Shown: piece after piece, positions 19,387 through 26,593 of the stretch
Numbering within the stretch: position 1 is the first letter of the stretch
Layout: the number at the start of each line of letters is the position of its first letter
Assembly: GCF_018336915.1 (NCBI RefSeq)
Contig: NZ_CP064923.1
Span: forward strand, 2,400,001-2,432,000
Origin: Acaryochloris marina S15
Lineage (GTDB): Bacteria; Cyanobacteriota; Cyanobacteriia; Thermosynechococcales; Thermosynechococcaceae
Length of the DNA: 32,000 bases
Direction of reading: 5' to 3'
Position numbers and translations under genes: made by a program
Notes under the pieces: model-generated
What the model was told of the DNA's origin: nothing
Seen by the model: the letters and a program-made list of their open reading frames with translations, nothing else
The model's database searches: none

Positions 19387-19888
19387 TGAACAAGGGTTCA
19401 CCCAGCTCGAAATCGTCATTGTTGTGGTAGTGATGGGTATCTTAGGGGCGGTTGCAGCACCCAGCTTTCTAAATTGGGTTAACACCCGAAAGCTTGAAGT
19501 AGGCTTAGCTGAACTGGAAGGGGCACTCATCGAAGGCCAAAACCAAGCGATTCGTCAGAGTAAGACTTGCACCATTAACCTGCCGACAGGGAGCAGTCCT
19601 GTATTGAGCAGTTCACCTACAGATTGTCTACGCACTGGCAACCGAACGCTAGAAGGGCTTCAACTCAGACATTCACTAGCCACTCCCTCCCTCAGTTTTG
19701 ACTTTAAAGGGCGAGTTCCCTCTTCTTTAACGGCAGAACAAACCATCGTTCTGTCTATCGCCAATGAAACCAATACTCCTTCAAAGTGTTTAGTGATTGC
19801 CCCTGGCATTGGATTGATCCGAGTGGGGAAATATATAGGCACACCCACGACAACATTGGCCAGCAACTGCAAAACCTCTACACTATGA
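19364..19888 (+). CDS. Type IV minor pilin / pseudopilin, GspH/FimT-like
   Basis: 174 aa. The leader MRSLPVHSEQG| is followed by FTQLEIVIVVVVMGILGAVAAPSF, with Glu at +5. GAGGTGG lies 6 nt upstream of the ATG. The gene overlaps the upstream gene by 23 nt. Confidence 0.78.
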   Translation: MRSLPVHSEQGFTQLEIVIVVVVMGILGAVAAPSFLNWVNTRKLEVGLAELEGALIEGQNQAIRQSKTCTINLPTGSSPVLSSSPTDCLRTGNRTLEGLQLRHSLATPSLSFDFKGRVPSSLTAEQTIVLSIANETNTPSKCLVIAPGIGLIRVGKYIGTPTTTLASNCKTSTL

Positions 19889-20550
19889 TTTCTAAAATTT
19901 CAGAAGTTGTGACTGGCCATATTCCACATCGTTGCCAACATCAGGGCATTAATCAGGTCTCTAATACATCAGAGAATGCCAGTAATCAAGGGTTTACATT
20001 GGTTGAGCTGTTGGTCGGAATGGTAGTGACCAGTATCTTCCTTGTTTTTGCAGGGTCGGGACTGATTTCCATTTTGCAAAGCCATCGTCAGTCAGAGGCT
20101 GAGGTGGATCAGCATACTAAATTAAACCGTGCCATAAACTTTATCGCTGACGATATTAGAGAGGCCAAGGTAGTTTCTACCACTGCACCATCAGGTTGGA
20201 CGGTTCCTGCCGACTATAGTGCTATTCTCTACCTCACTAAACCAGATAATTCAACGGTTGCTTACTACGCATTTGATACATCTTCGGGATCAAACTGGCA
20301 GGGACCACAAGTGATTTACCGATCAACAGTCTCTAATACTGCCGGAAATCCATTAGTTGATCGAGTGTCTAATGCTTCTCCAGGATGTTCTGGTTCAGGG
20401 ACGTCGGGGTTTGAAGTATCGCCTTCTTCCCTGACACCGAGCACGCGATCCGTTCGGTTATGCCTGCTGGGAGATTTGCCGAACGGTTCAACTCAACTTG
20501 TGCAATATACTGCGACCCTCAGAAGTAATGATGTGCCATCCTCTCCATAA
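19885..20550 (+). CDS. Type IV minor pilin, PilW-like
   Basis: The ATG at 19885 overlaps the upstream TGA (ATGA), which suggests translational coupling. The motif NQG|FTLVELLVGMVVTSIFLVFAGSGL has Glu at +5. It is followed by SHRQSEAEVDQHTKLNRAINFIADDIREAK, which is typical of PilW-type proteins. The track ORF start at 19786 lies inside the upstream gene. Confidence 0.75.
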   Translation: MISKISEVVTGHIPHRCQHQGINQVSNTSENASNQGFTLVELLVGMVVTSIFLVFAGSGLISILQSHRQSEAEVDQHTKLNRAINFIADDIREAKVVSTTAPSGWTVPADYSAILYLTKPDNSTVAYYAFDTSSGSNWQGPQVIYRSTVSNTAGNPLVDRVSNASPGCSGSGTSGFEVSPSSLTPSTRSVRLCLLGDLPNGSTQLVQYTATLRSNDVPSSP

Positions 20551-20918
20551 CAAGGGTGAATAAGAGAAATGTGGCGAATAATACTTATTCTACATTTCTT
20601 ATACACAAGAATTTTTTTCGAAGACATTATATTAAACATCTATATTTCATAATAGATTCATAGGCAGGTAATAATGCATTGGCTAGATATACTATTTGAA
20701 TGATATGAGCATAAAATTATAAATATTTTCGATCACTCAATAATATTTTTTTGAAATTTAAAATAACAACAATTAATTAATTTCTCGATTAATATGTCAA
20801 ATTGCAGCTATTCTAAAATCTTGCATAAATAAGAAATATAATTAAAATTTTTCAAGAACAACCATAGTAAACCAGAAATTAATGTCTACTGATTATTGAT
20901 AAATCTTGTGTGTTTTGT

Positions 20919-20959
20919 ATCACCTCAATTCTACAAGAATTGAGGTGATTTCTTTTGTT
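20919..20959 (+). terminator. Intrinsic terminator-like hairpin
   Basis: The 13-bp stem atcacctcaattc (20919-20931) pairs with gaattgaggtgat (20937-20949) across the loop tacaa, followed by ttcttttgtt. It lies 369 nt after the last pilin stop. Confidence 0.6.
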
Positions 20960-21208
20960 AAAAATTATATTAGATTAATATCAAGACACTGTCAGTGATA
21001 AATGTTTTATAAAGCTTCACGAGGTATTGCATGAGATATAGTGAAAGTCATGGAATAACCTATCTGACTGAACCCCAAGAATTTTTGCAGCATGTATTAT
21101 TGTTCGTTTGAGATATTTTAAGAACTAAAAAGTAGATTTTTTATATATTATTATTAGATAAAAATTGCTTGTGATATGTCAGATAAAGAAAAATAATTCG
21201 ATCCAGAA

Positions 21209-21245
21209 CAAGACTGATATTAATATCCAGTCTTGGTATTTTATT
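21209..21245 (+). terminator. Terminator-like hairpin in the AT-rich spacer
   Basis: caagactg (21209-21216) pairs with cagtcttg (21228-21235). The inner palindrome atattaatat adds pairing apart from one bulged c. gtattttattt follows. Confidence 0.4.
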
Positions 21246-21552
21246 TATCTCATCTTTAGCTAATAAATTAGTATTTCTACTAATCAAATCTTAGAACGGT
21301 GCCGCAGTAAGAATCTTAGGGAATTAGAGAATAATATAAGTTTTTCTTATTGAGAAAACTCTTGACATTGAAGGTAACTACAACGATTAGTCTATATTTA
21401 AGTTCGAGTCAAAAACTAATAACTCTTTTGCCACACTGACTAGATGAATTGCATCGGATATTAAATACTCACCCTAGAGTATAAAGTCCATCTCAATCAT
21501 CATCACAACAACAGTTTTCAAAAGACCGCTAACACAAATTTGACAATTTCTT

Positions 21553-21580
21553 TGGATGCTTTTGGCAAGCATCCATTTTT
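21553..21580 (+). terminator. Terminator-like hairpin 84 nt upstream of the GH16 start
   Basis: tggatgctt (21553-21561) pairs with aagcatcca (21567-21575) across the loop ttggc, followed by ttttt (21576-21580). Confidence 0.45.
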
Positions 21581-21663
21581 AAGAACCCATCAGCCATTCG
21601 ATCAAAGTGATGGTTACTGGCTTCACAATTCATAGTTTTCATCTACATATTAGGAGTAACATC

Positions 21664-23190
21664 ATGGCCAAGCCCACAACTAAAGGAAACAAAGGAAACG
21701 CAAAGCTTGGTATGGGGCAGCCCGATGTTTTAGACCTAACATCTAACCAAGGTAATTTGGGTTTGGCTTCTGATCCAGTTCCCTCACAAAGCAGTACCGG
21801 GATAGATACTTCCAATACTGCGCCTACAACCCTATTTTCTGGAAAGGGGAAGGGATTAGGCTTAGGGAATGGATTTACTCCTCCTGGACTCGACAAGCCC
21901 AAGCCTGAGAACTGGCAACGAGGTCTCAATATCAAAGGCAAAGGTTGGGAAAAGAACTTTGGAGATGGTGTCACCGTTGATGATGATCTCAATACTGGGA
22001 TTCATCCCGATTCTAAAGCCAACTGGAGCATGGTCTTTAATGATGAGTTCAACGGAACCGAGCTAGATCGCACCAAGTGGGACACCGAATACTACTACGG
22101 CAGCCGCACTAACTCCTTCAATAACGAATTGCAATATTACACCGATGCTGGCAACTTCGAATTCAATGACGGCGTGATGTCCATTGTTGCCAAAGAAGAA
22201 ACCGTTGAAGGAGAAACCTGGTTTGACTCCGGTAAAACCTTTGACTACACTTCTGGCATGATCTCAGGCCACGACAGCCTCTCTTTTACCTATGGTCACT
22301 TTGAAATTAGTGGTCAATCTCCTACCGGACAGGGACTATGGCCAGCTTTTTGGATGTTGCCTGAATCCGGTGAATGGCCCCCCGAAATTGACATCATGGA
22401 AATCTTGGGAGATGACACCAGCACGGCCTATACCACTGTTCACTACCAAGATCCCTCCCAAGCAGGTAATCACGGCATGGAAGGAAGCTGGTTTAGTGGG
22501 ATCGACTTTGCCGATGGCATGCACACCTTTGCGGTGGACTGGCAACCTGGAGAACTGACTTGGTTCATCGATGGCATGGAAGTGTTCAATACAACTGAGA
22601 ACGTTCCTGACCAACCCATGTATATGCTGGCTAACTTGGCTGTGGGTGGTAACTGGCCCGGTTCTCCGGATGAAACTACCGAGTTTCCTAGCAGCTTTGA
22701 TATTGACCATATCCGGGTCTACCAAGATTCAACCTCTACTGAAAGTGGTCTAACAGGCGGATCTGCTGATGACATGCTTTCCCGTGTAGGTGAAGGTTTT
22801 CTAGAAGGGCAAGGTGGTAATGATACTTTGGTGGGCGGAACTGGCTCTAACCGCTTAGTGGGTGGAACAGGTAACGATACCCTGATTGATTTAGAAGGGT
22901 ATGACATCTTCACCGGTGGAATCGGCAATGACCTGTTTGTTTTAGGAGATGCCAGCGGTTCAGCTTATGACTCTCCTTTCTATGATGGGTATGCTGTTTT
23001 GACCGACTTCAATGCTGCTGAAGATATGATTCAGCTCAGCGGCAATGCAAACAAATATAGTTTGGGGGCAGCTTCCGAGGGTGATGTCTCGGGTGCAGGA
23101 CTCTATCGTGGTAATGACTTGATTGCCATTGTTGAAAATACAACTGTCGAATCCCTTGACCTGGATGCCTCCTACATTAGCTATGTGTAA
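21664..23190 (+). CDS. Glycoside hydrolase family 16 (beta-glucanase/laminarinase-like) with C-terminal RTX calcium-binding repeats
   Basis: The ATG at 21664 is preceded by AGGAG 7 nt upstream, while the track ORF starts at GTG 21607. The GH16 catalytic motif is present in WPAFWMLPESGEWPPEIDIMEILG. RTX nonapeptides are GQGGNDTLV, GGTGSNRLV, GGTGNDTLI and GGIGNDLFV. There is no N-terminal signal peptide. The first ~110 aa are Gly/Lys/Pro-rich and of low complexity. Confidence 0.85.
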   Translation: MAKPTTKGNKGNAKLGMGQPDVLDLTSNQGNLGLASDPVPSQSSTGIDTSNTAPTTLFSGKGKGLGLGNGFTPPGLDKPKPENWQRGLNIKGKGWEKNFGDGVTVDDDLNTGIHPDSKANWSMVFNDEFNGTELDRTKWDTEYYYGSRTNSFNNELQYYTDAGNFEFNDGVMSIVAKEETVEGETWFDSGKTFDYTSGMISGHDSLSFTYGHFEISGQSPTGQGLWPAFWMLPESGEWPPEIDIMEILGDDTSTAYTTVHYQDPSQAGNHGMEGSWFSGIDFADGMHTFAVDWQPGELTWFIDGMEVFNTTENVPDQPMYMLANLAVGGNWPGSPDETTEFPSSFDIDHIRVYQDSTSTESGLTGGSADDMLSRVGEGFLEGQGGNDTLVGGTGSNRLVGGTGNDTLIDLEGYDIFTGGIGNDLFVLGDASGSAYDSPFYDGYAVLTDFNAAEDMIQLSGNANKYSLGAASEGDVSGAGLYRGNDLIAIVENTTVESLDLDASYISYV

Positions 23191-23207
23191 TTTAGAGTGA
23201 GCATAAA

Positions 23208-23251
23208 CAAAGTCCAAATATTGCCTGGTCGATATTTGGACTTTGTCTTTT
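23208..23251 (+). terminator. Intrinsic terminator of the GH16 gene
   Basis: The 14-bp stem caaagtccaaatat (23208-23221) pairs with atatttggactttg (23232-23245), followed by tctttt. It starts 18 nt after the stop codon. Confidence 0.7.
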
Positions 23252-23274
23252 GAAGGATATTGTGAAATCAAACG

Positions 23275-23297
23275 AGCGGTCTGATCAGACCGCTTTT
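23275..23297. terminator. Second hairpin, a perfect 20-bp palindrome with flanking T/A runs
   Basis: agcggtctgatcagaccgct (23275-23294) is followed by ttt on the + strand. A weaker cgtttgattt follows on the - strand. Confidence 0.5.
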
Positions 23298-23602
23298 GAG
23301 CTTATTTTTGCTGCGTATTGCTTACTTCCGTTTAAGACTAGTAGGTAAAGTTGAACCAAAAAATTTGCTTAGGAAGCTTGTTGCTGCCAAAATCTTTCCG
23401 CGTAACCGATTAGTCTTAATAGAGTATTGGTACAAAACACTGTATGTTTGCAAGACACCTAAGGAAGGGGAGTCCGAGTCTTAGCTGCAAGCTCGTCACC
23501 TTTACCCTTATCACAAATCTAGAAGTAACACTCCCGCTGGTTCAAGTGGGTAATCTGCCTACCTCCTCCGGTTCTCAAATTCAAACCTGATAAAGACTTG
23601 TT

Positions 23603-25066
23603 GTGATTAACCCTAAGCAACAAACCGTAGTACTGCCAACACGCTCGATTTTGGGGGATTTTTTCCGCCAAACTCGAACGCGCATTTTGCTGTTGTATGT
23701 TGTGCTGATGGGGCTATTCACAGGACTCGCTATTCCCCTATTTCAGGCGTTGATAACAGCACAGGTCTCTCTGCGAGTGCGCAATGATTTGAGCGAAGCC
23801 CATGAAATTTTTCATACAGCCTATATGAATTGGGAACGACTGCCCAATCAAACATTGGAAGATTTAGAGACCTTCGCAGATGATTTTTTAGTCAATCAAC
23901 TCCCGGAGGACGATAACTTTTTTATCTTTATTATTGGGGGAGACTTATACCACTCCAATCCCCCTCAATTACTCCAGCCCATGCGACCTGGGTCTGAACT
24001 TTATGAGCAGTGGCTCGATATTACTCAGTTCACTCGGGGAGAGCAGGTCACAGATAATCCCAAGATTGGGACCGTTCTCTATAAAGCCGAACCGCTGATT
24101 GTAGATGGTGACCCACTCGGCGTGATGGTTCTTGCCCATGCAACAGCGGGAGAACAGCATGAGGCTTTAGCAAGCGTCTATACCTTTATGTTAATGGAGG
24201 GAGTTGTCGTGCTGATCTCCTTACTCTTGGCTTGGTTTGTGACGGGGCGATTGTTTGAACCTGTGCGAGAACTTGCGATCGCAGCGCGTAACATCAATGA
24301 GACCGATTTAACCCAGCGCTTATCTCCTCAAGGCTCGGGAGAATTAGCAGACCTGTCTCAAATCTTTAACGCCATGATGGACCGACTCGAACATAGTTTT
24401 AATAGTCAGCGTCGCTTCGTCAATGATGCTGGCCATGAACTACGGACCCCAATTACGATTGTCCGAGGGCATTTGGAATTAATGGGGAAAGATCCGAAGG
24501 AACAGGAGGAAACGATTGAACTGGTGATGGATGAGCTGGATCGAATGAGCCGCCTAGTTAAGGATATGATTACCCTGACCCAGTCGGAACATCCAGATTT
24601 TCTCCAATATGAAATGATTGATCTGAGGCAGTTGGCTCATGATCTATTGACGAAAGCGCAAGCCTTGGCAGAACGTGACTGGCAATTGAATCTAGATTGC
24701 TCTGGTTCCATGATGGGCGATCGCCAACGGCTAACCGGAGCGTTACTGAATTTACTGAGAAATGCTGCTCAACATACCCCACCAACCGGGACGATTGAAT
24801 TGGGCTGTCAGCAAACCCTCACTCAAGTCATTTTTTGGGTACGAGATAACGGATCGGGTATGTCCCCAGAGGAACAACTGCGAATTTTTGACCGATTTGC
24901 TCGATTAGGCAAACGCCAATCAGATGGATCGGGTTTAGGGCTGGCTATTGTGAAAGCGTTTACCAAAGCTCACCGAGGAAAAATTGATTTGGTAAGCCAA
25001 CCCGGTGTCGGATCTACCTTTAGAATTACGCTACCCCTCTCCGCCCAAAACAGCACTGAGATGTAA
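23603..25066 (+). CDS. Membrane sensor histidine kinase (2 TM, periplasmic loop, HAMP, HisKA, HATPase_c)
   Basis: 487 aa with a GTG start. TM1 is ILLLYVVLMGLFTGLAIPLF and TM2 is FMLMEGVVVLISLLLAWFV. The H-box is FVNDAGHELRTPIT, the N-box is LLRNAAQHT, and the G-boxes are DNGSGM and GSGLGLAIV. No cognate response regulator is adjacent. Confidence 0.88.
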   Translation: MINPKQQTVVLPTRSILGDFFRQTRTRILLLYVVLMGLFTGLAIPLFQALITAQVSLRVRNDLSEAHEIFHTAYMNWERLPNQTLEDLETFADDFLVNQLPEDDNFFIFIIGGDLYHSNPPQLLQPMRPGSELYEQWLDITQFTRGEQVTDNPKIGTVLYKAEPLIVDGDPLGVMVLAHATAGEQHEALASVYTFMLMEGVVVLISLLLAWFVTGRLFEPVRELAIAARNINETDLTQRLSPQGSGELADLSQIFNAMMDRLEHSFNSQRRFVNDAGHELRTPITIVRGHLELMGKDPKEQEETIELVMDELDRMSRLVKDMITLTQSEHPDFLQYEMIDLRQLAHDLLTKAQALAERDWQLNLDCSGSMMGDRQRLTGALLNLLRNAAQHTPPTGTIELGCQQTLTQVIFWVRDNGSGMSPEEQLRIFDRFARLGKRQSDGSGLGLAIVKAFTKAHRGKIDLVSQPGVGSTFRITLPLSAQNSTEM

Positions 25067-25235
25067 TGGCATAGAGTATTGCCAAAAGCCCAAAAACTGC
25101 ATTAATGGGAGCTTTCGAAGAAGCTACAGAGTAAGCGAGTTAGGCGAGGCTACAATTTTTATGCAAGAGGTGTGGGCTGGCCCCATAACCTGCTTTCGGT
25201 TTCTCTTGGTATATATTTTGAGCTTTTTTCAAAAA

Positions 25236-25308
25236 CGAGCATGGAGGGATTCGAACCCCCGACCCTCAGAACCGGAATCTGATGCTCTATCCACTGAGCT
25301 ACATGCCC
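25236..25308 (-). tRNA. tRNA-Arg (anticodon CCG)
   Basis: The minus-strand 73 nt GGGCATG-TA-GCTC-AGTGGATA-GAGC-A-TCAGA-TTCCGGT-TCTGA-GGGTC-GGGGG-TTCGAAT-CCCTC-CATGCTC-G folds as a canonical cloverleaf. The acceptor stem has 7 bp including one G-U pair, and the T-loop is TTCGAAT. CCA is not encoded. Confidence 0.9.
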
Positions 25309-25384
25309 CCATTGGGGTAGATTACAAAATCTACCCGCCAGTATAGCGTTTATGGGTTGTTGCCATAACCACAAGACTTGAATT

Positions 25385-26494
25385 TTAGCCGAATCCTTTG
25401 CTGCGGCTGCTGGCAACGGTGGCTAAGCAGTTTTCGATTTGCGATCGCAACTTGTCATGATCTAAATCCTGGCCAATGAGTACCAGCTGATTTTTGGGCT
25501 CTCCTCTCCAGTCCTCATCATCGAGGGAGAAGCGCTTACCACTTAAGTGAAAGACGTGACGCTTTTCGCTTTCATCGAACCACAGAATTCCTTTGGCTCG
25601 GAAAACGTTGAGGGGTAGTTGTTCATCCAGGAACTTTTGAAACTTGCGCACTGAGAAGGGGCGATCGCTCTGGAATGAGAGGGATGTAAACCCATCGTTA
25701 TCTAAGTGATGGGAGTGATCATGATCATGCTCGCAATTGCTGTGGTCATGGTCGTGATGATCATGGTCATGATGGTCGTGGCTATGGTCATCACTGTGGC
25801 CGTGGTCATGGCCGTGTTCGTGGTCGTGCTCATCATCAAAGTACTTATCGGATTCAAATAGCCCGACACTCAAAATCAGGGGTAGGGAAACCTGACTTTT
25901 CGTGGTTCTAATGATCCGAGCGCCTTCTCGCATTTCCCGAACGCGCACTTCTAGCAGATCTAAATCCGCTTCATCCACCAGATCAGCTTTGTTAAGCAAG
26001 ATAATATCGCCATAGGCAATCTGACTTTGGGCCGCTTCGCTATTAAACAGATCCAAACTAAAGTTTTCAGAATCGACCATGGTGACAATTGAATCTAAGC
26101 GAGTCACATCTCGCAAGTCAGTGCCCAAAAAAGTCAAAGCAACAGGTAAAGGATCAGCTAACCCAGTAGTTTCGACCACCAGATAATCAATCTTGTCGGA
26201 CCGCTCCAGAACCTTATAAACGGCTTCTACCAAATCGTTGTTGATGGTGCAGCAGATACAGCCATTGCTCAGCTCTACCATGTCTTCGCCAGTGGAGATC
26301 AGGAGATCGTTATCAATGCCAATCTCGCCAAATTCATTGACCAAAACAGCCGTTTTTAGACCTTCCTGATTGGAAAGAATGTGATTCAATAGCGTCGTTT
26401 TGCCGCTGCCCAAAAAGCCCGTGATAATGGTGACGGGTAACCCGCGCTTTTCAGCCTTCAAGGTCTGAGTGGGGTCCGAAGTTGTTGTGGTCAT
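25385..26494 (-). CDS. COG0523 (CobW/HypB/UreG-type) G3E GTPase metallochaperone with a His/Asp-rich insert
   Basis: 369 aa. The Walker A motif is GFLGSGKTTLL, the metal-binding motif is GCICCT, and the NKxD-like motif is LLNKADL. A 44-aa tract reads DDEHDHEHGHDHGHSDDHSHDHHDHDHHDHDHSNCEHDHDHSHH. The CobW_C-like tail has FRAKGILWF. Confidence 0.88.
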   Translation of the reverse strand: MTTTTSDPTQTLKAEKRGLPVTIITGFLGSGKTTLLNHILSNQEGLKTAVLVNEFGEIGIDNDLLISTGEDMVELSNGCICCTINNDLVEAVYKVLERSDKIDYLVVETTGLADPLPVALTFLGTDLRDVTRLDSIVTMVDSENFSLDLFNSEAAQSQIAYGDIILLNKADLVDEADLDLLEVRVREMREGARIIRTTKSQVSLPLILSVGLFESDKYFDDEHDHEHGHDHGHSDDHSHDHHDHDHHDHDHSNCEHDHDHSHHLDNDGFTSLSFQSDRPFSVRKFQKFLDEQLPLNVFRAKGILWFDESEKRHVFHLSGKRFSLDDEDWRGEPKNQLVLIGQDLDHDKLRSQIENCLATVASSRSKGFG

Positions 26495-26593
26495 AATCTT
26501 GCTCAGAGATGCAGCCGCTGAAGAATATACAAAATAGGGTAGCCCCTACCCCTCATACTAAAGGATGGCACTCCGGGAAAGTGCTAAATTTTT

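Noticed and set aside
20909-20924. CRP/SyCRP1-like site TGTGTtttgtaTCACC downstream of the pilin operon
   Set aside because: Only 8 of 10 half-site positions match. It overlaps the terminator stem at 20919-20931 and lies downstream rather than upstream of the pilin genes. It is probably a chance match in AT-rich DNA.
21607-21663. GTG-initiated N-terminal extension of the GH16 ORF (MMVTGFTIHSFHLHIRSNI)
   Set aside because: The ATG at 21664 has a well-spaced AGGAG. The extension is neither a signal peptide nor conserved-looking.
23296-23484. 62-aa TTG-initiated ORF upstream of the sensor kinase. I also checked 23300-23600 for remnants of a missing response regulator.
   Set aside because: No receiver or winged-helix motifs appear in any frame. 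The ORF has no RBS and a low-complexity composition.
25005-25416. Two overlapping ORFs (113 aa on + and 85 aa on -) spanning 25005-25416
   Set aside because: Both read through the tRNA-Arg gene at 25236-25308. The tRNA cloverleaf is a far better explanation of this sequence.
25690-25850. Short repetitive catgat/gtcatg/gtcgtg units that look like a tandem repeat or CRISPR-like array at the DNA level
   Set aside because: They are the minus-strand codons of the His/Asp-rich tract inside the COG0523 CDS. There is no repeat-spacer organisation.
26537-26551. Small hairpin gggtag-ccc-ctaccc, followed on the minus strand by a T-rich run, as a terminator for the GT4 gene
   Set aside because: A 6-bp stem with a 3-nt loop is too weak to call. 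It would also leave under 45 bp for a promoter for the COG0523 gene.
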